Shown here piece by piece: positions 25,255 to 37,194 of a stretch of 64,000 bases of DNA; position 1 is the stretch's first letter, and every line of letters starts with the position of its first letter. The stretch is from Torpedo marmorata. Taxonomy: Eukaryota. Where the stretch lies: assembly GCA_977017645.1 (NCBI GenBank), contig OZ360227.1:88474001-88538000 (forward strand), written 5' to 3'. Under the pieces are notes generated by a model, which was given only the letters and a program-made list of their open reading frames with translations, ran no database searches and was not told the origin of the DNA. The position numbers and the translations under genes are program-made.

Positions 25255-25395
25255 AACTGAAGGGCTCAAGCCCGAAACGTCGGTTATGTATTTCTACCTT
25301 TGCTACATAAAAGACACTGTTTGACCTGCTGAGTTCTCCAGCTTTTGTGTTTTTTACTACATTATTACGGTGTCTACAGATTTTCGTGTTTACTT
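25255..25395 (+). mobile_element. Penelope-like terminal repeat remnant
   Basis: GAAGGGCTCAAGCCCGAAACGTCGG...GACCTGCTGAGTTTCTCCAGC. Confidence 0.7.
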
Positions 25396-26032
25396 GGACA
25401 TTACGAAGTGTACCTTTTACCTTTCCGGTTTAGATTTTTTCGGTACAATAGGTTTGTCTCTCTCCATTTTTGTTTGGCTTTTTTGTTAGCCTCCAAACAT
25501 TGAAATATTGAGATGCTCATGGGTTTAGGCGAAGGATTGTGCATATTTCGTTTTCCGACCGTGAATAAGAATCGTATCTGTGTGTGTGTGTGTATGGAGG
25601 AGGAGGAGGGGGGGGGTGCAGAATGATGTAGAATGTGCGTGTGTGCATCTTTGTATTGTATGTGTGTAGTATGTCTGAGCATGTGTGTGTATGTGTGTAC
25701 CCATGTATGTCAAACATCCCCTTTCCCAGGGAAAGCAAATACACGTATCTTGACAGAATTCTGCAACACATTCTAGTTATTATCATTTTTTTCAGCTAAG
25801 AAATTATAGTGCGAGTCATGGTATAGATCTTTAAAATATTAATATAATGCTGCAAATTGTGTTATTGACAGAAATGGTAAAGAGGTCACTTTTACTCAGC
25901 AGGGCTGGGTCAAGGAGCGATAATCTTTTCAGTAATTTACATAAATCACACAGCTATTTAAGAATAACTGTGGATATTTATATCAACAGCCAACTGCACC
26001 AAAATTAATCTTATTTATAAGCCATGAAATAA

Positions 26033-26236
26033 TAAAGGTAAAGGTTCCATTATTGTCACGTAATACTACATTTAAAATGTAACATACACGAAATTCTTTA
26101 ACTTTGTCCACCGTAAGGAAGACAGAGGGTCGCTACTTTGTCCAGCGCCCCTCACAGAGGTGAGGCCCCAGCGAGGAACGAACTCACAACCCCTGGTTTT
26201 ACAAGACCAGTGCTCTAACCACTGAGCTATGGACCC
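26033..26236 (-). mobile_element. tRNA-Thr(UGU)-headed SINE-like element
   Basis: tRNA head at 26163-26236 followed by a tail of about 130 bp ending AATAATGGAACCTTTACCTTTA. The tail recurs without the head at about 30048-30157. Confidence 0.7.
26163..26236 (-). pseudogene. tRNA-Thr(UGU)-derived sequence, probably non-functional
   Basis: GGGTCCATAGCTCAGTGGTTAGAGCACTGGTCTTGTAAAACCAGGGGTTGTGAGTTCGTTCCTCGCTGGGGCCT folds as a Thr-UGU cloverleaf but has a G3:G70 mismatch, an 8-nt anticodon loop and an altered B box (GTTCGTT). Confidence 0.8.
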
Positions 26237-27580
26237 CACCTGGTACCTAGTTTTCCAAACGTTTATGGAAAAAGTTGTGTACGCTCATTTAACCCTCGAC
26301 GGGAGAGTTAGCGTGCAGCAATGGGTTCTAACATTTTGTCTTTCACGGAGGAAAACACAAATATGGCATGAAAAGTATTTAGTAGAAGATGAGATATAAG
26401 GGTAACATTTTTCGTGAAATAATCTAATTTCAAGGTCGCAGTTCTTACTAGTTTAGCGTCCAATCTTCCGGGAACGTATAACCCCTTCCCGCGTGCACCA
26501 GTAGGAAATAAACACATTTCTGGTCGCCCAGGTGTTGGATCTTCCCATTAAATGTACCAAATCTACTTTATGGATTTCCTGAAGAAATCAAAAGGATCAA
26601 ACGTAATCGTGGCTATGTGTTTTCCGAAAATGTGTCAAAATAAATGATCTTTCCAGTTCGTCGAGAACCAACGACTCCATTCGGACTTGTCTGCTGGACA
26701 AAAGTTAACAATTAATATTAATCTATATTATAATTATATAATAATATTGATATTATATTGATAACAATAGTAATTAAATTAATTAATTAAGAGCCTGTCT
26801 GTGTCCGAAGAATAGACTGTGACCCACATCTATTAGTTCAATGGCTGAAAATATTCCTTGCCGAGTCTTCAAAGAATTACAAAAAAACTTTAAAATCGGA
26901 AGTGTAATCGCGTTTCATATTTCCTGGCCTTTGCTAATAGAGGAGGCGGGAAAAGTGATCACCGATTCCTCATCAATCATCCGGATACTTTCACGTTTTA
27001 GCATATTTGTTTCATGTTTTTTTTAACAGTATTTTAGAACCGCGCAGACTTCATAACAATCCACATTGAATATATGATCCAAGTAGAAATATAGGATCAT
27101 GGATCAGCCAGTTTGATGTGTCTTCAGATAACAATTGTTTGGAACGATTGTCATAATTAGTTCCAGTGGCTCAGTAAAGGGATTTATGTGAATCGCCATT
27201 GTGCACAAACGGCATTAAATCCGATTACAAACGAAAAGTACATGCCAAGGGAAACGTGGTCAGTGAAAAGTGATGCTATTGGCGGGTCAATATCGTCAAA
27301 AAGAGCTGTGTTATTCTAAAAGAATGTTATTAAACAAATAAACATCGAATTTGGACGAGATTAAAGACCGGTTGAAGTGTCATTTTGCAACCCGCAGCTG
27401 GTTGCGACGAATTCACTGCCTTTATTCGCCTAAGTAATTCTGTTGAATCATGAGGTCTAATTTATTTTCTTTTTACTTATACCTCCATCCTTATTGATCT
27501 ATCTCTCAACTGTTATGCAACTTTATGCGATCAAAAATTTAACATATTAAAAAACACTAATTTCCAGCAAAGATGGATTT

Positions 27581-27691
27581 CAATAGACAATAGACAATAG
27601 GAGCTGGAGTAGGCCCTTCGGCCCGTCGAGCCAGCACCGCCATTTTACAGATCATGGCTGATCACTACTATCAGTACCCCTTTCCAGCCCT
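27581..27691 (-). mobile_element. Short CR1-type 3' end with a (CTATTGT)n tail
   Basis: caatagacaatagacaatagg...aggcccttcggccc...agatcatggctgatc. Confidence 0.6.
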
Positions 27692-29856
27692 AAATTCGCC
27701 CTCCTAATTATCTCGGCACAAACTCATGTCTTTCCCGAGCTTCGATGTTCCGAAAAGATAAAGTCAGTCATCAGCACCAAGGCAGACGAACATCAGACTG
27801 CCGAAAGCCAAATGCAAACGTTCTTGGTTGTTTTCAGACTTGGTGCTCGGAGATATTGTCGTTTACAGCGGAACCTTAGTATTAACTTTGCAGACGATAA
27901 GACACCTTGCAAAAAGGGTAAAAACTCGCGCGAATTTCCTATCTTCATATCAAACATCGGTGTTTGGTTTAAAGGAATCAGTCTGACATTAAAATAAACG
28001 TTTCCAAGTGTATTGAAAATTAATTATTTGGAGACTTTGAATGAATATTCATTCGTTCCAAGGAGAAAGTTTTAAATTTTGTTTTAAATGTGGTTTCGAC
28101 TCATCGAAATCCCTTCCCTCCCCATCCCCAATCTTCAGTTTTATATGTTTTGTCATGATTGACAGATTTTTAAACGGCGCATTTTACATTTGTCAGCAAA
28201 CCACCGGTGACCGGCCCTAACGCCGGGTTCCCGAGGTGTGTGCGTTTCGTGGGCTTGTCTGTGCGCTAGGACTAAGATGACGAGCTGGCGTAACCCAGGT
28301 TAAACTACGGGTTTTCATATCTCATATCTACGATGAATTTACCGTGAAGAGTAGAAATGAAACGAATACTTCCCCTCAGCGCGGGCCTATGCCGGGAACA
28401 CCAGTGGAATGTTTGATCCGTAGAAAAATATACCCAGTCAGTTGTAATCAGCAGCAGTCTTTCCACAAAATATAAGGCGGGTGGTGGGTTAGCATTTAAT
28501 TGCGTTCATTTTCAATTATCACCAGCCATTTATCTTGTACTTATCCGTAACCTCGGAGCTGAAACGGAAGCTCCGAGGTGCCGAAACGCCAGCGCTCCTG
28601 ACCAATTTTTGTTAAGGGATTCCTTCTGGAAACGCGTGAATTGAGTCCCGGCGTGTAATGGGATTAGCAAGAAGGACGGGACATGTGGAAAGAGGCAGCG
28701 GAGATGTGAACCGTTGGGCTTTACCAAGCCCGATGAATTTCCCCTGTCCGATTCCAAGAGGTAAATCACCTTCGCCCATATACTTTCGGAATTTAAATAA
28801 TCTATCCTCATCGCACTCAAATTTTCCCATCCAAATCATTCAACGTTACCTTGGCTTACTGACAACCGATACTTAAAGCTGAAATTTACTGTAATCATAA
28901 CGGCGATGAAAAGGCCATCCGCAATTCCTCCGTTCTGGGGCTTCGTCCCACCCAGTGCCCTCTGTAGGGTAATAGAGCCCGTTGTTGAGACCACCCCGAA
29001 CCGATCGCCTTCGCTTCCCCTCTCCAAAGGTTTCGGTGGCGAATTTGCTCTCACAGTAAATCGCTTTAAAGTATTTGGCGAGGCCGACCTTAAAAACCGG
29101 AGACTTGAGACTTCATACGTAGCCTGCTCGAGGAAAGCATGAGGGGGGTCGGATTCGGAAGGCCAATCAACTCGGGCACCATGGGAAAGGTGGAAAGAGT
29201 TTTGCCAGGAGGACTAGTTACAATCCAGGCCACATCTTTATTTTTAAATTGGGCACACGAATTAATTGAAAATGTTTAAAATGTCTTAGAGGGGGTTCGG
29301 GAAAGTGGTGTATTTTCATAAAGATGCAGAACAGGTTTTCCCGCTGCATAACGGGAAAATCTCGGAAATTTCCCGTTATGTTGGCTGTGTAAAAATGTCG
29401 TGACGGAAATTAGTAACTAATTTCCGTCCCGACATTTTTCCTGCAGCAGCCCTAGACATTTTTGCGGACTGCCTGCAGTGTAAACTGAACTGTAGGCGGT
29501 CGGCAAAAATTGGCTAATGAATACGACTACCTGTTGTAGTCGGTACTTCTGTCTAAAAATACACAAACAGAACCAAGGCAGATGATCAGGGGCCGACTGA
29601 ATCTCCTACCAGAGAGAATGGTGAAAGAGGAGGCTTCAAAAGAATATTGGCAAAAGAGAGTGCTGAGGGAAGGCCTGGTGACAATTGAAAAGCCCCACGG
29701 GCCTGTTGGCGGAGTGACCTCCGATCTTGCGACCGACGCTCCATGTTTACTATCGATATGTCCAGATCGGAACGAATAACACTTTCATCAACAGTCTGAG
29801 AGACTATTCCGTTTGCACTTCTCTTAAAAGTAATTTAAAGCAAGATCTTACTCAAC

Positions 29857-30034
29857 NNNNNNNNNNNNNNNNNNNNNNNNNNNNNNNNNNNNNNNNNNNN
29901 NNNNNNNNNNNNNNNNNNNNNNNNNNNNNNNNNNNNNNNNNNNNNNNNNNNNNNNNNNNNNNNNNNNNNNNNNNNNNNNNNNNNNNNNNNNNNNNNNNNN
30001 NNNNNNNNNNNNNNNNNNNNNNNNNNNNNNNNNN
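29857..30034. other. Assembly gap (178 N)
   Basis: Run of N. Confidence 1.
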
Positions 30035-30047
30035 CACACAGCCGTTA

Positions 30048-30157
30048 TTAAAGGTAAAGGTTCCATTATTGTTACGTAATACTACATTTAGAATGTAACA
30101 TACATGAAATTCTTTAATTTTTGTCTACCGTAAGGCAGACAGAGGGTCCGTTACTTT
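30048..30157 (-). mobile_element. 5'-truncated copy of the tRNA-Thr SINE tail
   Basis: Near-identical to 26033-26140. Confidence 0.75.
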
Positions 30158-30414
30158 CCTTCAACAATCTGGAGGATGTGTCGCTATCTCTGCCTCCAGA
30201 CAGCACAGGATCCAGAAGGGTGAGGGCAGTTCCCATACCTTTACAATACCAAGAACTACAGTTGACAGTACTTGTCACCCGACCCTTCACGTGGATGGTT
30301 TGATTTCACGCGTTAATACTGAAAACTTGCTTGTTGCCAGCAATTTATAAATATTATATATTGCAAACAATATTCTTTATTAAATCTACATTGGTGTACC
30401 AAATATCTGTATAT

Positions 30415-30533
30415 GATTTATATATTTTATAGTAATGTCGTAAGATGGTTATAATATGAATGTTTGCACTATGATGCTGCCGCAAAACACCGAATTTCGT
30501 GACTTGTTCATGACAATAAATTCTGATTCTGAT
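30415..30533 (+). mobile_element. 3' tip of the Rex1/Babar-like LINE
   Basis: Near-identical to 53880-53996, ending AATAAATTCTGATTCTGA. Confidence 0.8.
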
Positions 30534-32034
30534 TTCATCAAACTGGATAATATTCTGCGTGACTCTTTCTGTCACTGTAAATGATTTCTTATCAGCAAAT
30601 CCAGGCCGATCGGCGTGGCGACGATTGTTGTTTCCTGGCACTGCTGCTCAGGAAGTTTCACCTTGGTTTTTGAATTGCTTGCAAGGTCATTCCCTTGCTT
30701 TAATGAATAAATGCTCGACATTACAAGGACCTGGACATTCTAAAGAGATCAGGGTTAATGTGAAATCTCTGCGATTTGTCAACGATCCGGACCAGAGACA
30801 GACAGGACCACCTGTGAATGGCCAGTAACGTTCGTTTCCGCCGCACACAATAGCTATAGTAGTGGATGCGCTCGTCTAGTTTCAACTGGGTCAAAAAGGG
30901 AAAATTAACGCGGAAAGTAAATTCCGTCCCAAACACGGAATTAATGGCACTTTCATAAGCGCTGCTGTATCTCTGGATTCGGAATAAAAACGGAGATGTA
31001 TTTAAGGTGATGTGAGGGGCGGGTTAAGAGAGATGTGCGGGTAAGTTTTTTTTTCTCACAATGAGGTAGGTGCCTGGAACGGGCTGCCAGAGGTACTGAT
31101 GGAAGCAGATGCGGCAGTAGTGTTTCAGGTATAAATATGAGTACGCTCATGGGGAGACAGAAGAGATTTCGCTTCATTTGACCACATGTTCGCGCCGAAG
31201 GGCCTGTTCCTGTACTGTTCCACGTTCTGGAAGTACAGGGTATATAGTCTGCACTGGCGTTTCCAACTTTGTGTGAACGAAAGGAAGCAAAAAGTAAAAC
31301 CATTGTCAGTTATGAAAAATTCGGCCAGAAATTGAGCTTTGTGCGGTGCTTAAACTCTTGCCTGGCACATAAAATGCACGACCAACCTCGCACCCCTTCA
31401 GAAGGCATCTTAGCACGAGATCTATCAAATAGAGAATCAAACAAATTCTTTACACCCGACGTTTCCAATCCGAACACTTGGGCGATATTTATATGAAGAC
31501 TATATTTGGCAATTTGCAGGGATTTGCTTTAGGTAGCAGGAACCTGTACTGCAAACATGACCAGTTTTCAAATAATTACTTAGGATCTTTAGCAAAATAC
31601 CTCAATGTCACGATCCAATAGAAAGCACGAGACCCATAGGCTTTAATAGTTATTTTGCAATATATTATCAATTCTCTATGATACCAAATATTTCCATGAA
31701 AAATTATTCAGTCAGGTTTAATCCGGAAATATTTGATAGGACAGAGCCATCTTGTGTTTCTCGATCTTTCATTGGTCTGTGACTGTGTGTCACGGTATGC
31801 CCGTGGTCCATCTGAAGTCGTTTGATTGGGCTGCGAATGGAAAATTTACTCCGAGTCCGCATCTAACTCCTTTCTTTGGAACAGATTGTTATTTTATTTT
31901 TATGGAGTGTATATTTTTTATAACTTTGTTTCAAAAGCAAAAAAAAACAAATAAATTCATTGCGGTAATTTGTCAAGGCGCATTTTGCCTGGCGCTCCAG
32001 GTTAGATGGGATGATTGAAAGCTAGGAAGCGGGA

Positions 32035-32713
32035 AGCAATGGGCAAGGTTGTGGGGAGCAATGGGCAAGGTTGTGGGGAGCAATGGACAAGGTTGTGGGG
32101 AGCAATGGGCAAGGTTGTGGGGAGCAATGGACAAGGTTGTGGGGAGCAATGGGCAAGGTTGTGGGGAGCAATGGACAAGGTTGTGGGGAGCAATGGGCAA
32201 GGTTGTGGGGAGCAATGGGCAAGGTTGTGGGGAGCAATGGACAAGGTTGTGGGGAGCAATGGGCAAGGTTGTGGGGAGCAATGGGCAAGGTTGTGGGGAG
32301 CAATGGACAAGGTTGTGGGGAGCAATGGGCAAGGTTGTGGGGAGCAATGGGCAAGGTTGTGGGGAGCAATGGGCAAGGTTGTGGGGAGCAATGGGCAAGG
32401 TTGTGGGGAGCAATGGGCAAGGTTGTGGGGAGCAATGGGCAAGGTTGTGGGGAGCAATGGGCAAGGTTGTGGGGAGCAATGGGCAAGGTTGTGGGGAGCA
32501 ATGGGCAAGGTTGTGGGGAGCAATGGGCAAGGTTGTGGGGAGCAATGGGCAAGGTTGTGGGGAGCAATGGGCAAGGTTGTGGGGAGCAATGGGCAAGGTT
32601 GTGGGGAGCAATGGGCAAGGTTGTGGGGAGCAATGGGCAAGGTTGTGGGGAGCAATGGGCAAGGTTGTGGGGAGCAATGGGCAAGGTTGTGGGGAGCAAT
32701 GGGCAAGGTTGTG
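32035..32713. repeat. 22-bp minisatellite (AGCAATGGGCAAGGTTGTGGGG), about 31 copies
   Basis: Seen directly; a single G>A variant occurs in five units. Confidence 0.98.
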
Positions 32714-34377
32714 TGGTGTGGGTTATGGAGGATAGAAAGGGAAATGAGTTCCAGAGTTGATCATATGAACAATATGATCAAAAGTTTTGCAAAACGGATC
32801 TGTATTGTTAATCGCCCTCATCACCCACACCTATGCTTCTAGAAGCATCAGATTCTAAATGTGCATTTATGCAACGCTTTTTAATTCCCCTTTCCGGTTA
32901 TGTCCAAGCTGCGGACAAATAAGTGCTTTTGAAGTGTGGTATTGTAGGGTCGCAGCAACCAAAACCCATTCAGCAAACTCGTACAACAACAACGTGATGC
33001 TGAACAAATAATTTGATTGAGAGGTGAACATTGACCAGGATAACTTCCCTGCTCTTGTTTTTTAACAGCGCCGTTGGATGTTTTTTATTTCTACCGGATA
33101 GACAGAGAGCAACTGGCTTCACGACAAGTGCAACGTTTTTGAAAATGCAGCGCTCCCTCAGGACTGAGTTCATGTTGGTCTACATAACAGGATCGGAGAG
33201 GAATCTACGAACTTCTGCGGCGTTTTTCTTTACATGAACTGTCAACTCTGCTTCGCTTTATAAGGTGAATCAACGCTATTCAAAGTAAATCAAGAAGGGT
33301 AGACAAGTGACTACAGCAGAAATGAGTAAAACGCAGGAACATATTTCGCATAGCAAATCACGAATGCTTTATATTTTGACAGAATGTAACATTGCAACAT
33401 TTGAAGTACAATGTTCTAGTGAATTGTGCTAAATAACTGCATCTTCAACTTTCTTTTGTTCTTAATAAAACTATTTTTTGGAGACCACAACGCAAGATTC
33501 TTTGATACCTGGTTATGGGTCAATTTATATGTGTTAACTCTTAATTTTTTTTTGCTTAAAATTGTTCATATGTGCAGGGCCCTGAATTAAACCTGGCATA
33601 AATCACAGGAAATCATTTTGCCCACTCCAAACATTTAAGTCTAAATTAAGTTACTAAAGTGAGTGACGTTTCTTGAGTCCATTTTCTGATGAAGAGTCTT
33701 CCACCTGAAATGTTAACTGTTTCTTCTCCCACAGACACCCTCGGGACCTTCCAGCATTTTCTGTTTTTATTTCAGATTTTTCAGCATCTGCAGATTAAAA
33801 AGAGACACGCATCATCCGATCGACCTCCCAGCATTTCTGCCGCCACTTAACACGTTACAAACATTTGTCAAATGATGTATCCGGGCTTCAGTCGTTCTAT
33901 GGTACAGAAACACAAGCGAAGAGAATTCCAAGGAAATAGCACAGCATATGCCGTTGCATTCTGCTGTCAATGCAAAAGGGGAATGCTGGAATGATTTACA
34001 TGTTTTTGGAACATGTCACTCATTTAGGTGTCGGCTGTGACTCAGCTGGTAGCTCTCTCATCCCCTAGTCAGTCATTTGTAGGTTCTAAGTGCCTCTTTG
34101 CTCCTGTTATCCACACCAACACTCATCATCAGATACCTTGCATGGTGCCCTCTGGAAACCTGGTTTCATTAAGAATAGATGAAAGTTGAAAAATGAAGGT
34201 GACCATTCAACTCAATCCTCTAGTACATTTGTAACACATTGTACGTTAAACAATGTACTATCACATTATTTGTCAAAACATAACAAGCATTTGTTATTTT
34301 CCATGTGAAGAATTTTCCTGCACCGATGTCTAAAATATATATTTAATTCATTTTTGTTGTGGCCACTGATCATCCAT

Positions 34378-34630
34378 TCAAGTCAAATCAAGTCACCAAG
34401 TCAAGTCACCTTTATTTGTCGTTCATACCATATACACAGTAAAGACAAGATAGCGTTTCTCCAGGACCATGAGCAAATTTACATAAATAGCACAATACAA
34501 TAAAAAACTATAACATATATATCTAAAAATTGAGGAGCCTGATGGCTTGGGGGAAAAAAACTTGCACAATCTGGACGTGAGAGCCCGAGTGCTTCGGTAC
34601 CTCCTTCCAGGTGGCAAAAGGGAGAAAAGT
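34378..34630 (-). mobile_element. LINE 3' fragment with a (GACTT)n tail
   Basis: Translation FSLLPPGRRYRSTRALTSRL; homologous to 25015-25220. Confidence 0.75.
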
Positions 34631-37194
34631 TTACAAGAGGGGTGTGAGAAGTTACAAGAGGGGTGTGGATTACATTGAAGCAATGATGTCGAATCATGGT
34701 CCATTGCCTGACATACTTTGAATGACAGTGATTCATGACACACAGACCAATGAAAGTGATGTTCACATTTCCTAAATGCTGTAAAAAATGATACTGAAAC
34801 TATTGCTGACATGTTCTTAATGAAGTAGCAAATTTCAAACTCCCTCTGAGACCTTTGCAAATTTATTCTGTTGGAAATTCTGTTCACTGTCATTGAGTGA
34901 GACTGGGATTAAAGTTTTACTACATTCGAAGTCTGGGATTGATCGTTGCAGATGGGAACACTACAGTTCCACTGTGGACAATGCACAGTTATAGATCAAC
35001 ATCCCTGCTACCATAAACACTCTGTGCAGGCATGGTTACACTTTTTTTGCATGACTCCATTGGTAGAAATTAAAGCAGAAATAGTTTGACTGTGGATAGA
35101 CGCAACCAAATTCTCAAAGCTTTAAAATAAATGGTACCCTTTCTATTCATAATGTGCCTGGGTAAACATATTAACCCTGCATTGAGTTAGATTGGTGGAC
35201 ACTACACAACTGTTTCAAATGAGCCACTCCATGGAGGAAAAGAGACTTGGATTTGGAGCCACATCACTAATTTAGTAGAAACCCTTTAATTTAGGGTGAT
35301 GCAAATGTAGGGGATTAGCAACCCTACTGAGAAGCAGCTGACATGCTTTGACTAAAATTATAGTGTCTGCAGAGGGGATTAAACTAGCTGCCTTCCCTTC
35401 TGTGTAGTTGTTAGATTTATATAAGATATCGTCATGTATCCCTATCACCATTATGTGAAGTTATTATCATGCTGTCATGTATCCTTTACCATTAATGCAG
35501 GTTCAGGGATTTTAAGATAGTGAGGACAACAACTTACTATGACATCTCCAAAAAGAATGTAATACACAATCATATGTCTGTGGTGTCTGCTCTGTCTCCT
35601 CCACCCTCACCTTCAATGACAGAAGCAAAGAACTCATAGACTTCTTTGGCATTAAACTTTCTCCACTCTTTTTCCCCTCAGCCTACTACATCAAAGTTCT
35701 ACAGTTGCCTGCTTCTCAGAATCCCAAGTTTTCTTCCTACCTCCTCTCAAGAATTGTGTAGATTCATTTTGGCTATGAGTCTCCCTTTCTTACATCTGTT
35801 CTATTCCAATTCAACCATTGATGTCCATTCCTAGCCCCAGAGTAAGCTCACATTGCTGGAGTTTCTCTGACCTCAATATCATGCCTCTCCTCTGTCCAAG
35901 TCCAAAGCAATTCTGATTGAGGTCAAAGGAGACAACCTGTATGATTGTGATGAATATAATCTTTCTTACCTCACTCTTCTAACCCTTTGAGACAATACGT
36001 CACACTGTCCTCATTCAATGCCTCCCCTCCAACCTCCAGACGATGGGGCCAGCCTACTTTCATCCTAAGCAGGTAGAATTCATTGTTGTTGCATATGAGA
36101 AATAACATCACTAATATTTATTTAATTATGAACTCTAGCATCAGAAATTAGAAATAAATTCTAAAAGTTTGTTGGAGGCAACTGTATGGCTTTCTTAAAT
36201 GATTTAAACCTAAGTATGACAATTCAATTATGCAAACTAGCTGATTTCACTTGGTAATAAATGTGCCTCTTCTTATATGCACAATCTACATATTAGTAAA
36301 AAGTTTGTGCCAGTTCACCATACAAATCTACTGGTGATTGTGGCTCTCTAATAGACCTTTAAACAACTTTATCATTTAAAATTGCAATGTCAACTTTTCT
36401 TATATCATTTTGTTGTGTCAGTTGCCATGGCAATGAATCTCAAGGTGCCAGTGGATAAAATTCCACAAGGTTTGCTCCTTGTTCTGTGTCCATCACCAAT
36501 TATATAAAACAAATGTACAGAGGCAACCCCAATGGAAATTTGCTAGCATTTGAGAAAGGGTTTGGTAATTCAAATATTATACATTGATGTCAGCACTTTG
36601 ATGCAGCTTGGACTCAAAGGAGTTGTAATTTTGCAGGAAATTACAAGATATTAAAATGATTTTCTTTATCTATTCCAGTAAATGTTTACTTCTTCCATTT
36701 GCTTATGGAAAAAAAATCCTTCGAAATCCACTTAATGTTCATCTTTAACCTATCCTAGATATAATTAAAATTTAATTTGTACAGACAAGCATAATTTCAA
36801 GCTTATTGTCACATGCCGAGGTTCAGTGAAATGGTTGATTTTCCAAGCAGTCTAGCTAGTCAACCCATGCACAGTACAGCAGTAAAAACACAGTACTGAG
36901 TGCAGTTACACAGAAAGATCATTTAGCACAGAACAAACACATGACATTCATTCAGGAGTCTGATAATGGCAAGAAAAAAAACTGCAATTACCTGCTGATG
37001 AGTGATCTCACACTTGTGAGTCTTCTTCCTGACAGGAGGAGGGTGAAGAGAGTGTGGCTAGGGTGAGATGAGTCTTTTGTGCATAATTGAACTCAGGTCA
37101 GAAAGAGACATTCTTGTGGAACGACAGATCTTATACCAATCGATGTAGGTATAATTGCATACAAAATTACAAGGGGAAAACAAAAGATGTCATC

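Noticed and set aside
26163-26236. Functional tRNA-Thr gene
   Set aside because: Acceptor-stem mismatch, extra anticodon-loop base, altered B box and an attached repeat tail.
29727-30098. ORFs spanning the N run
   Set aside because: Gap artefacts.
31973-32842. Six long ORFs (225-275 aa)
   Set aside because: Artefact of a stop-free 22-bp tandem repeat. There are no spacers, so it is not a CRISPR array either.
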